Position numbers and translations under genes: made by a program. From the NCBI GenBank assembly GCA_038087875.1, contig CM075999.1, forward strand, positions 2,916,001-2,980,000: DNA of 64,000 bases, in the 5' to 3' direction. The DNA comes from Malacoraja senta (Eukaryota). Positions 1 through 11,810 of this stretch are shown here, in pieces. Position 1 is the first letter of the stretch; each line of letters begins with the position of its first letter. The notes under the pieces are model-generated. The model did no database searches. It was not told where the DNA came from and worked only from the letters and a program-made list of their open reading frames with translations.

Positions 1-2297
1 CTTGGTAAATGTTTTTTTTTAATTGTTCCTAGTGTGTGTAGGATAGTACGGGGATCGCTGGTCGGCGCGGACCCGGTGGGCCTGTTTCCACGCTGTTTCT
101 CTAAACTAAACTAAAGGGAGGGTTGGTGCCTGATGTTACCAGGCACTGCACCCCTCCGAATGACGGAAAATCCACACGTGTAAATCCCAAATTATAAACA
201 AAATGCACATATGATTTAGAATTGTGCTGTGGTGATATACTTGGATTCATCACCAAAAACAAGATCACAATTTCAACTTTTTAAAAAAACTGGCTGCGGT
301 ATTTTGGACTCAAAACTAATTATTTTGCCTCATTTGCAAGATGGTTCATTACAGCTTCAAGCTTGGAATTAAGCAGAAGCTCCCAATCGAGTGGGTGGAA
401 CAAAATAAAGGGGTAAAGTCACGATTTCGGCTGATTCATTGTTAATTAACCTACAAGATTCACTGGTGTAGACATCAATGTTTTCAGAAGAGAGGATAAA
501 ATGAAAATTAGTAGGTTGGTCCACCTTTAGAGGGCGGCACATGGGCACAACGGTAGTGTTGTTGCCTTGCAGCGCCAGAGACCCGTGTTCGATCCTCACT
601 ACGGGTGCTGTCTGTACAGAATTTGTACGTTCTCCCCGTGACCAAGTGGGTTTTCTCCAGCTGCTATCTCCCATATTCCAAAGACGTGCAGGTTTGTAGG
701 TTAATTGGCTTTGGGGGGGGAAAAATGGATATTGTCCCCAGTCTGTGTCGGATAGTGTTTGGGTTTACGGGGATCGCTGGTTGGCATGGACTCGGTAGGC
801 TGAAGAGCCTGTTGCCGTGCTGTATCTCTAAACTAAACATTGAGTTTAGAAGACCAAAATAATGTGATAGCATTAGATCCTGAACCGGGTTGGAGTTGGT
901 TACTATCTTAAAACAAAAACTTTGGATCAATAGTTGAACATTTAAAGGCTGTAAACCTTTGTAATTCTCCGCCCCAAAATATATTTGAGGCTGGAATAAG
1001 TTGACAGTAGGCTGGGGCTTCTTAAACTATTCCAACCCCATTTATGCATTTACAACATTTAAGCTGTGTGTGGCGCAGTGGTAGAGTTGCTGCCTCACAG
1101 CACCAGAGACCCAGGTTCAATCCTGACTACGGGTGCTGTCTGTACGGAGATTGCATGTTCTCCCCGTGACTGCGTGGGTTTACTCCGGGTGCTCCGCTTA
1201 CCTCCCACATTCCAAAGACGTGCAAGATTGGAGGCTAATTGGATTTGGTAAAGATTGTAAATTGTCCCTAGTAGGTAGGATAAAAGGATTACTGTCAGCG
1301 TGGACTGTGGGCCGAGGGGCCAGTTTTCACGCTGTATCTCTAAACCACATTAGTCATTTTGCTTGGAAAAGCTTACTTGGAAATACAACTGTTCAGTCAT
1401 AAAAGGTCACCATGAATAATTAGAATGTCTCAAAACCAAGGAGTTGATTACGAACTATGATTCAGTATTTTATAGCATAGGATATTAGTCATTTTCACTT
1501 CAGTATTAAGACATTAAATGCAAGAGCAAAACACAAACTGCTGTAGGAACTCAATGGGTCAGGCAGCATCAATGGAGGATTTAGATAGCCAATGTTTTGG
1601 GTCAGGACCCTTCTTCAGTCTGAAGACCCTGCTCCAGCATTTGCAGTTCTTTGGGTATAAATATTTGAGCCATTTGGGGCACTAGGTGCTAAGAACGTCG
1701 GAAATCATAAAAACCCAAGGAATGCTTCCAATATCTCTTAAAAATAGCGGAGTCAGGGGATATGGGGAGAAGGCAAGAACGGGGTACTGATTGGGGATGA
1801 TCAGCCATGATCACATTGAATGGCGGTGCTGGCTCAAAGGGCCGAATGGCCTACTCCTGCACATATTGTCTATTGTCTAATATGTATAAATTCTCACATT
1901 GAGCCAAAACACCACCTATTCCTTTTCCCCCCCAGAGATGCTGCCTGACCCACTGAGTTACTCCAGCACTTTGTGTCTATCTTGAGAAGATTCTATTGGG
2001 CACAGACAGCATTCCATACTCATGATCGAACCCGGGTCTTTGGCGCTGTAAGGCAGCAACTTCACCACTGCGCCACCTACAATGAGAGATTCAAATCAAA
2101 ACGTATCCAATGAATTTGACAATTAGCCTGGATGGTTGTCCTGAACTATAAGCACGTGAATACTACAACACTGGAACTTGCCTAGTTCAGCTCCTCTACC
2201 TGCAATTGATCCAAAGCCTCTTCAACTCCACCTTCATATCTGACTTCACCACCACCCTGGCAGCCCATGGCAGGCACCCACCATTCTCTGCGTAAAA

Positions 2298-2489
2298 GGT
2301 AGACAAAAATGCTGGAGAAACTCAGTGGGTGAGGCAGCATCTATGGAGCAAAGGAAATAGGCGACGTTTCGGGTCAAGACCCGAAACGTCGCCTATTTCC
2401 ATTGCTCCATGGATGCTGCCTCGCCCGCTGAGCTTCTCCAGCATTTTTGTCTACCTTCGATTTTCCAGCATCTGCAGTTCCTTCTTAAA
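2298..2489. mobile_element. Palindromic Penelope pLTR-derived insertion (representative of dozens of copies)
   Basis: Inverted arms GTAGACAAAAATGCTGGAGAA...TTCTCCAGCATTTTTGTCTAC. Flanking duplication CATTCTCTGC(G/A)TAAAA at 2282-2297 and 2490-2505. Confidence 0.8.
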
Positions 2490-4209
2490 CATTCTCTGCA
2501 TAAAAATAACTTGCCCGCACATCTCCTTTAAAATTTGCCCACCGCCATCTTAAAGCTATTCTTTGACATTTCCATCCCAGGAAAAAAATGTGACTGTCGA
2601 CCCTATCCATGCCCCCAAAAAGATTAAAAACACAAATAACACAGTTATATTTTCAACTAAGTTTGAAGTGATAGGTTGGATTCAGTTTAAGTAACTTTCA
2701 AAGAGGCAATTGATTTGTTCTTTAAATTTACCTTCAGCACTGTAGGTGGCACAGCGGTAGAGTTGCTGCCTTATAGCACCAGAGACCTGGATTTGCTCCC
2801 GACTATGGCTGTTGTCTGTATGGAGTTTCCACGTTCTCCCTGTGACCGCTTGTGTTTTCTCCAGGTGCTCCGGTTTCCTCCCACACGCCAAAGACAAACA
2901 GGTAGGTTTGGTAAAATCGTATATTGTCCCTAGTGTGTAAGTGTACGAGGTGATCGCTGGTCGGCACGGGCGGAAGGGCCTGTTTCCGCGCTGTGATTCA
3001 AAACTAAACAAAACGGCAAGTGGAAATCAGAAATGATAACGAATCAAAGAGGTCCCATGGGTATAAATAATTCAAATTAATTTGTGAAGTATTTCCAGAT
3101 TGTGTTGGAATAGAAATTAAACTGTCAAAATCAATCATTTTAACCAATGTTTAATCTCAACAGAAAATAGACTTGCTGAGGTCTGTTTAGATCGATTTTA
3201 TTTTCAAACTAGTAATTAGCAATGTACAAATAATTGTTAAAATTAATAAAGTAAATTAACTTGCATAAAGTAGCAAATATAAGGGTTTCAGTTAAATATC
3301 ACATTACAGTTTAGAGACATATAAAAGTTCATGAAACAAGGTTTGATGATTTTTCGCATCTAAAATAATTCCACGATATACATTTGGAATTTTGATCTTA
3401 AAATAGCATTTTCCTGTGCAGGAACTGGAGTGTTATAACATTTAATAACAACCACTGCCTTTGTGAACTTTAACACTTGGAAGATATTGAAATAATATCC
3501 CAAAATGAAAACTAAAATGATAGGAAAACTCTGATCAAGCAGCATCAATGGAAATAAAAATCAGTTAATGTTTCAGGTTGAAACTTCAACTGTTTTTCTC
3601 AACACAGAAGTTGCCGTACTCGAGTTGTTCCACCATTTTCCATTTACATTTCTGATTTCCAGCATCTGTATTCTTTTGATTTTCCATTTATCAGTAATAT
3701 GAAAGAAATCCCAGTCACCAAATCCATCTGAATGTAGTGGGGAAAAAAAATACACATAGAAACAGTGTAGGAAGGAACTGCAGATGCTGGTCTACACCAA
3801 AGATGCTGGAGTAACTCAACGGGACAGGCAGCATCTCTGGAGAGAAGGAATGGGTGAGGTTTCTGGTTGAGGTCCTTCTTCATACTTAACACCTATAGAC
3901 TTCACACCTATAAATAGAATAGGTAGTCGCCTTGGTTAATTTATAGTCATTAAAAGGTGCGTCTCAATCTCTGTCAAGGTCAACCCAGCTGCTGGTTGAG
4001 AAACAACTGTGGCTGACCAGGTGTATGAACTTCACCCTGTTTAACATTGTCAGTCAAATAATAATTTAGACCAGCACCAAACCAGCATCGACCCGAAACC
4101 TCACCCATTCCTTCTCTCCAGAGATGCTGCCTGTCCGTCCCGCTGAGTTACTCCAGTGTTTTGTGTCTACCGTCGACCAGCATCAAAAACTGGCTGGCAC
4201 CAAGCTGAA

Positions 4210-4825
4210 TGTGTAGGCAGGAACTGCAGATGCCAGGTTACACCAAAGATAGACACAAAATACTGGAGCAACTCAGCGGGACAGGCAGCGTCTCTGGAGA
4301 GAAGGAATGGGTGGCGTTTTGGGTAGAGACCCTTCTTCAAACTGAGAGTCAGGGGGAAGAGGGAAGCAATGGGATATGGAAGGGTACAAGGTGTGAAAAT
4401 GGCAGATCAAAGCAGACGATGATCAAGGTAATGTCGAACGGTTCATTGTTGGCTGAGGGGAAGGTGGCAACGAGGTAAACAAACAGTGAAACTAATCAGA
4501 ACAGTGAAACTAGATGGAGAACTAGGGTGGGAGAGGCCCTCGGCCAGCTTACAACCCAGCGGTATGAATATTGATTTCTCTAAATTCAAGTAACCCTTGC
4601 TTTTCCTCCCTCTCCCACCCTAGATCTCCGACTAGTTTCACTGTCCTGTTGATTAAAGGTTGTGTTTGTGTGCCTCATTGTCACCTTTGATTGTCAACAA
4701 TGATCGCAATCTGCTTTGATCTGTCCTTTTCACACCATGCCCTTCCATATCTCTAGTCTCCCTCTCCCCCGACTCTGTCTGAGGACCCGAAACGTCACCA
4801 GTTCTTTCTCTCCGGAGATGCCCCT
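4210..4825. mobile_element. Degenerate Penelope-like 3' fragment in fold-back arrangement
   Basis: AGCTTACAACCCAGCGGTATGAATATTGATTTCTCT (SLQPSGMNIDFS) at about 4546-4581 resembles the PLE ORF end at about 16550. The flanking arms are inverted copies of each other. Confidence 0.65.
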
Positions 4826-4844
4826 CGACCCACAAAGATGAACG

Positions 4845-5214
4845 TCATCGGTTGAGGAGGACGAGACGTTGCGTTTCGCTAATTCCTGCGTCGACTTCAG
4901 ATTTCACCAGCTCAGCGATGGAAGATGCCAGTGTGTGAAAGGCTCCCTGTATGTTAGTGTCATCTTTGGCAGACGTCTCGATGTATCCCATGCCCAAGTC
5001 CGCAGCCACTTGCTCAGCTTCCTCTTTTGGCACTGTCCTTTCAGCTGACAAGTCGCTCTTGTGGCCAACGAGAAGGAAGACACACTGACCTTGGTCAAAC
5101 ACATCACCGCTCTCGTCCAGCCAGCTTCTGATGTAGTCTAGAGAATGACGGTTGGTTATGTCGAACACCAGCAAACCACCAAGCATGATCTGGAGATGGG
5201 ATTGTGTAATTGTC
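4845..5214 (-). CDS. Second, diverged Rab42/Rab39-type exon 2 (alternative last exon, paralog exon or pseudo-exon)
   Basis: T-rich acceptor ...TTTTAAAAG|G at 5215, same phase as the 11053 exon. Open frame RTITQSHLQIMLGGLLVFDITNR...VGHKSDL...ETSAK...LLNR*. No C-terminal Cys motif. Confidence 0.75.
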
Positions 5215-5896
5215 CTTTTAAAAAAAACAAAATGACAAAAAAAAATCAAATCAAATGGTCTAATCACATGAGCAAGAGTCAACGAATTTAGTTTAGTTTA
5301 TTGTCACGTGTACCAAAATACAGTGAAATGCTTTTGTTGCGTGCTAACCAGTCAGCGGAAAGACAATACATGATTACAATCGAGCCATTTACTGTGTACA
5401 GATACATGATAAGGGAATCACGTTTAGTGCAAGGTAAAGTCAGTAAAGTCCAATCAAGGATAGTCCAAGGGTCATCAATGAGGTAGATAGTAGTTCAGGA
5501 CTCTCTGGTTGTGGTAGGATGGTTCAGTTGCCTGATAACAGCTGGGAAGAAACTGTCCCTGAATCTGGAGGAGAACTTAGAGTCTGAAGAAGGGTCTCGA
5601 CCTGAAACGTCGCCTATTCCTTCGCTCCATAGATGCTGCCTCACCCGCTGAGTTTCTCCAGCATTTTTGTCTACCTTCTGAATTTGGAGGTGTGCGTTTT
5701 CACACTTCTATATCTCTTGCCTGATGGGAGAGGGGTTAAAGTGTATAGAAGTGTGAAAACGCACACCTCCAGACTCAGGGACAGCCTCCTAGTTCTGCTG
5801 ACAGCCTGATAAACTAATTTTAGTCAGAGTCACGCAGCATGGAAACAGGCCCTTCGGCCCAACCTGCCCATGCAAACCACCATGCCCCATGTACAC

Positions 5897-6238
5897 CAAA
5901 GATCCTATAGCAGAGCAAGATAGATCACTCCTGCTAAATGCAATGGGCTGACGTGCAGTACACAACGGAACGGAACATGGGCCTTTTTTTCATCCATTTC
6001 CGTAACCGGACCCGACCCGCAGTGTAATCAACGTTGCGGGGGAACAGTTTGTGTTAATAGATTAAAATTCTGAAAATGAGGAGAAGATTTTTCCCAAATA
6101 ACTTTTATTTTTACGAGGATGTTTCCGTAACCGGCTTCCGTCTCCGCACTATTATCCTATGGGATCTTTGGTGCGGAGATGGAAGCCGGTCCACTCTTTT
6201 TTGTCGAGTGGACCATCTTGCTCGCTATAGGATCTTTG
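5897..6238. mobile_element. Non-autonomous DNA transposon (MITE), hAT-type
   Basis: TIRs CAAAGATCCTATAGC..GAGCAAGAT / ATCTTGCTCGCTATAGGATCTTTG. Perfect 8-bp TSD ATGTACAC. Confidence 0.88.
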
Positions 6239-6562
6239 ATGTACACTAGTCCCACTTGCCCGCATTTGGCCCATATCCCTCTTGAACTTTCCTATCCATG
6301 TACCTGTTAAATGTTGAGATAGTTCCTGCCTCAACTACCTCCTCCAGCAGCTCGTTCCACACACCCACTACCCTTTGTGCAAGAAGGTTGCCCCTCACGT
6401 TCCAATACAACCCTTCACCCCTCACCTTAAACCAATGTCCTCTGGTTCATCATTTGTCTATTCATGGCAAGAGACTCTGTGCATTCACCCCATCTATTTC
6501 CAGCTACCTCAAAGAGTCATGGGTGGTGTCATATGTACCAAGACAGAACAATGACATTCTTA

Positions 6563-6759
6563 TGGGCCTGTCCCACTTAGGCGACTCTTTAGGCAACTGC
6601 CAGGGACTAGTTTTAATGGATTTCACCTATGACACCTGGCGACAACCTACAACAGCAAAAATTGTCGCCACTGTCGCCGAAAATTTTTCAACCTGTTGAC
6701 AATTTTGCAGCAGTCGCCTGTAGTCGCCAAAAAAAAATCCCCTAAGTGGGACAGGCCCA
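6563..6759. mobile_element. Harbinger-type MITE (related TIR)
   Basis: TGGGCCTGTCCCACTTAGG / CCTAAGTGGGACAGGCCCA. Confidence 0.75.
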
Positions 6760-9700
6760 TCACTTGCAACAGATCTTATAGAAACATATAAAATTATAAA
6801 AGGACTGGACAAGCTAGATGCAGGAAAAATGTTCCCAATGTTGGGCGAGTCCAGAACCAGGGGGTCACAGTCTTAGAATAGAGGGGAGGTCATTTAAGAC
6901 TGAGGTGAGAAAACACTTTTTCGCCCAGAGAGTTGTGAATTTATGGAATTCCCTGCCATAGTGGAGGCCAAATCACTGATGGATTTAAGAGAGAGTTAGA
7001 TAGAGCTCTGGGGGCTCGTGGAATCAAGGGATATGGGGAGAAGGCAGGCACGGGTTATTGATTGGGGACGATCAGCCATGATCGCAATGAATGGCGGTGC
7101 TGGCTCAAGGGCCGAATGGCCTCCTCCTGCACCTATTTTCTATGTTTCTAACAGTTCAACAGGTTTGTAGATACTGTACACAATAGTTACCTTCTCAATA
7201 ATATTTCCTTAAAGATAATCTCACAGTAAGATATCTTCCTAATTACAAGGAAGCAATCCAAGGGGCGGCACAGTAGAGTTACTGCCTCACAGCACCAGAG
7301 ACCCGGGTTCGATTATAACCTCAGGTTCAATGTGTCGGAGGGAACTGCAGATGCTGGTTTAAACCGAAGATTGATATAAAAGCTGGAGTAACCCAGCGGG
7401 ACAGGCAGCCTCTCTGGAGAGAAGGAATGGGTGACGTTTAGGGTCAAGACCTTTATTCAGACAGGTGCTGACTGTGTGGAGTTTGTACGATAGAAACATA
7501 GAAAATAGGTGCAGGAGGCGGCCATTCGGCCCTTCGAGCCAGCACCGCCATTCATTGTGATCATGGCTGATCGTCCCCAATCAATAACCCATTGAAACAT
7601 AGAAAATAGTTCTCCCCGTGACCCTGTGTGTTTTCTCCGGGTGCTCCAGTTTCCTCCCGCACTCTGAAGACACAGGTTTGTGGGTTAATTGGCTTCTGTA
7701 AATTGTTCCTGGTGTGGGACAGTGCCAGGGTACAGGGGAGACTGCTGGTCGCCACGGACTCGGTGGGCCTGTTCCCACGCTGTATCTCTAATGTAAAGTC
7801 TAAACTAACAGATGCCAAATTTCCATCACCGAAGGACATTCATGAACTGGATGAATTTGAATATATTAATGAAATTTTCAATAAATACTGATAAGATTCT
7901 CTGCCTCAGAGGGTGATGGAGGCCGGTTCTCTGGATACTTTCAAGAGAAAGCTAGATAGGGCTCTTAAAGATAGCGGAGTCAGGGGATATGGGGAGAGGG
8001 CAGGAATGGGTTACTGATTGGGGATGATCAGCCATGATTACATTGAATGGCGGTGCTGGCTCGACGGGCTGAATGGCCTACTCCTGCACCTATTGTCTAT
8101 TGTCATTTACTGTTCATTTTCCCCTTACATTCAACCTCCCAAAGTGCAACACCTCACAATTGCTCGAATTAAACTCCATTTGCCAATTCTGTGTGTGATC
8201 TATATCCCGCTATATATTCTGACAGTCTCCCTCACAACTCCAGCAATTTTGATGCAAACTAACTCACCGCTCCTTCTACATTTATGCCCAAGTCATTTAT
8301 ATACATCACACAAACGGAGGTCCCAGCACAGATCCCTGCAGAACTCCACTGGTCACCGATCTCCAGCTTGGAACAACACCCTTGCATCGCAACCGTTGAA
8401 AACCTAAGTAAACTCGTTCAGAATGCAAAGACCAAGTCACTGTGGATTCCTTGCAGGTTAATCATCTAGGTCAGCCCACCATAAGGGACTTTATCAAATG
8501 CATCACTGAAAACCCGTCAGCCAAACCCAACAGCAAAAACAACGTGTTCACACAGGTAGACAAAAATGCTGGAGAAACTCAGCGGGTTCAGGCAGCTTCT
8601 ATGGAGCGAAGGAATAGGCGACATTTCGGGTCGAGACCCTTCTTCAGACTTACACAGAACTTTTAGCCAAGGGAAACATTAAGGAGTGTTACCAAAATAA
8701 TTTAACGGCAAGAAATTTTGGATAGGTTGCAAAATCTTGATCAAAAAGGTGGATATTAATACAAGCCTTTGCAAGAGGCAGAGAGAAATGCTTTTAAAAA
8801 AAGAGTGGGAAAAGAGGAGATGCAGAGAGTTAATAAGGATAGCACTTGAAAGGGGGAAAAAATCAGTTTGTGTTTAAAATGCTCCATTAAATTTCATGCA
8901 ATTGATATAAACCTATTCTTAAATAAAATATTAAAAAAACATAAAAGTTGTAAAAAGCACAAATTTTCTCCACACTTCATGCCTGCTAGAGAGAACGGGT
9001 AACAAACTATAAAGAATGCCATTGTAAGAATGTCAAGAATTTATCCTGAACCAAGAGATTACTGAATTCCTGATTTATCTGCAGTTTGGCCAGGTCCCTT
9101 TTGTTTGGATCCAGTAGTGTATTATTTCTGCAGATAGGTCCCTGCAACAAATTATCCTTTAGTGACCAACATTATCTCCACAAAACAGAAGTGACCCATC
9201 ATCCGCTTTTGCAATCCCACCCCTCCTCCCCCCGGGAGTTTAGATTTGTGATATTAAGTTTATTAATAACATTTAATAATTTTGCCTAATTTCCGAGAAA
9301 GATCCACAAAACAGATGGAGACACAAGAAACTGCAGATGCTGGAACCTTGCACAAAACGTAAAGTACTGGAGGAACTCAGCGAATCAGAAAACATCTGAG
9401 GAGGGGATGGACAACGGGCAAGAGTGTCGATGGGACATGTTGGTCAGCATAGGCAAGTTGGGCCGAAGGGCCTGTTTCCACACTCTATGACAGATGCCAT
9501 TTCTGGTCGGGACCCTTCCTCAGACTGTATAGATCTGCATAGGCTTGGATAGAGTGGATGTGGAGAGGATGTTTCCACTGGTGGGAGAGTCTAGGACCAG
9601 AGGTCACAGCCTCAGAATTAACAGGCGCCCTTTTAGAAAGGAGGTGAGGAGGAACTTCTTGAATCAGAGGGTAGTTAATCTGTGGAACTCATTGCCACAG

Positions 9701-10530
9701 AGGGCTGTGGAGCCCAAGTCAATGAATATTTTTAAGGCTTAGGAAGGAACTGCAGATGCTGGATTAAACTGAAGATAGACACAGAAAATTGGAGTAACTC
9801 AACGGGACAGGCAGCATCTCTGGAGAGAAGGAATTTCAGGTCAATACGTCACCCATTCTTTCTCTCCAGAGATGCTGCCAGTCCCACTGAGTTACTCCAG
9901 CTTTTTGTGTCTATCTTTGATATTTTTAAGGCAACGATAGACATATTCTTGATTATAACGTGTGTCAAGGGTTATGGGGAGAAGGCAGGAAAATGGGATT
10001 AGGAGGCAGAGATCAGACATGATTGAATGGCAGAGTGGACTCGATGGGCCGAATGGCCTAATGCTAGTCATATAACTTGTGAACGTGACTGATTACACAA
10101 ATAATTCAGGCGACCCTCACTCCTGGCAAGATTATCAGAGGAACAACATTCAGGTCCATCACCACTGGGCAAGTCCACAGAGTCCCAAGTGGGAAAATGC
10201 TTACACAAATCTCAAAGTCTTTTACCAGGAAAGTGAAGACATCATAAGGGAGTTCTTGGTCCAATTGTAAAGGGGCCCCAAGTCAACTGCAGAACACACA
10301 CTGCTCCATGGATCACTAACACACATGCACACCCAACCATCCTACCAACAACTTTAGAGCAGTCGTGATCTACTATCTGCCTCATTGGAAACCCTCAGAC
10401 GATCTTTGATGGGTACTGGCTTTATCTTGCACTAAATTTTATTTACGATATTCCCTTTATCCTGTATCTGTACACTGTGGACGGTTCAATTGTAATCATG
10501 TATTGTCTTTCCGCTGACTGGATAGCACGC

Positions 10531-10730
10531 NNNNNNNNNNNNNNNNNNNNNNNNNNNNNNNNNNNNNNNNNNNNNNNNNNNNNNNNNNNNNNNNNNNNNN
10601 NNNNNNNNNNNNNNNNNNNNNNNNNNNNNNNNNNNNNNNNNNNNNNNNNNNNNNNNNNNNNNNNNNNNNNNNNNNNNNNNNNNNNNNNNNNNNNNNNNNN
10701 NNNNNNNNNNNNNNNNNNNNNNNNNNNNNN
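10531..10730. other. Assembly gap (200 N)
   Basis: Run of N; probably a placeholder of unknown true size. Confidence 1.
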
Positions 10731-11053
10731 TCTCGCCCGCCTTCATCGACTGGTAGATGCAGGCGGTCAGCTTCATGAAGGCCTCCTCCACGTTGCTGTT
10801 GCTCTTGGCCGAGGTCTCCAGGTAATTCAGTCCCAGGGCGTCGGCCAGGGCTTCGGCCTCCTCTCGCGGCACCTCCCGCTCCTGCACCAGGTCGCTCTTG
10901 TGGCCCACCAGCACGAAGATGGTCTTGTTGGGGAACACGTGCGCGTCCACCTCCTTCAGCCACTCCCTGACGTTCTCAAACGAGCGGCGGTTGGTCACGT
11001 CGAACAGCAGCAGGCCCCCGACAGAGTTGCGGAAGTAGGAGCGGGTGATCGAC
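10731..11053 (-). CDS. RAB42: Rab42 coding exon 2 (3' end lost in assembly gap)
   Basis: Acceptor TTTCAG|G at 11054 is phase-compatible with exon 1. Reads SITRSYFRNSVGGLLLFDVT...VGHKSDL...ETSAK...MKAGE, then runs into Ns. Confidence 0.88.
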
Positions 11054-11074
11054 CTGAAACACAACCAGGGTTTA

Positions 11075-11510
11075 GAAACATAGACAATAGGTGCAGGAGT
11101 AGAGGCCATTCGGCCCTTCGAGCCTGCACCGCCATTCAATATGATCACGGCTGATCATCCAACTCAGTATCCTGTTCCTGCCTTCTCTCCATACCCCCTG
11201 ATCCCTTTAGCCACAAGGGCCACATCTAACTCCCTCTTAAATATAGCCAATGAACTGGCCTCAACTACTTTCTGTGGCTGAGAATTCCACAGATTCACCA
11301 CTCTCTGTGTGAATTTTTTTTTCTCATCTCGGTCCTAAAACTCTTCCTCCTTATCCTTAAACTGTGACCCCTTGTTCTGGACTTCCTCAACATCGGGAAC
11401 AATCTTCCTGCATCTAGCCCGTCCAACCCCTTTAGAATTTTGTAAGTTTCTATAAGATCCCCCCTCAATCTTCTAAATTCTAGCGAGTACAAGCCGAGTC
11501 TATCCAGTCT
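11075..11510 (-). mobile_element. 5'-truncated CR1 LINE 3' fragment (representative)
   Basis: Encodes YSLEFRRLRGDLIETYKILKGLD...RTRGHSLRI plus the common 3' UTR. Similar fragments at about 6777, 7895, 9540, 12372, 13920, 19480, 39040, 52240, 53660, 55770 and 58505. Confidence 0.85.
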
Positions 11511-11534
11511 TTAGTCGGAAGATAAGATGCCAGA

Positions 11535-11810
11535 AGATACTTCCTCAGAAGGCTTAGGAAGTTCGGCACGTCGCCAACAACTCTCACCAACTCCTACAGA
11601 TGCACCATAGAAAGCATTTTATTGGGACTTGGCATCACAGCACGGTTTGGGAACAGATCCGTACAAGAAATTGCAGAGAATTGTGGATGCAGCCCAGACC
11701 GTCATCCAACCTCCCTTCCATTGACCCCATCTACACCTCACGCTGTCTTGGCAAGGCCAGCAGCTTTCGACCGCACCCTGGTCATTCCCTCTTCTCCCCT
11801 CTCCCCAGCA
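11535..11810 (+). mobile_element. Rex1/Babar-type LINE 3' fragment
   Basis: Reads YFLRRLRKFGTSPTTLTNSYRCTIES. A related fragment lies at about 52475-52930. Confidence 0.6.

Noticed and set aside
369..3011. Many short ORFs such as ELLPHSTRDPGSILTTGAVCTE
   Set aside because: These are translations of SINE copies repeated across the window, not genes.
10477..11154. 225-aa + strand ORF across the gap
   Set aside because: Antisense shadow of Rab42 exon 2, extended by Ns.
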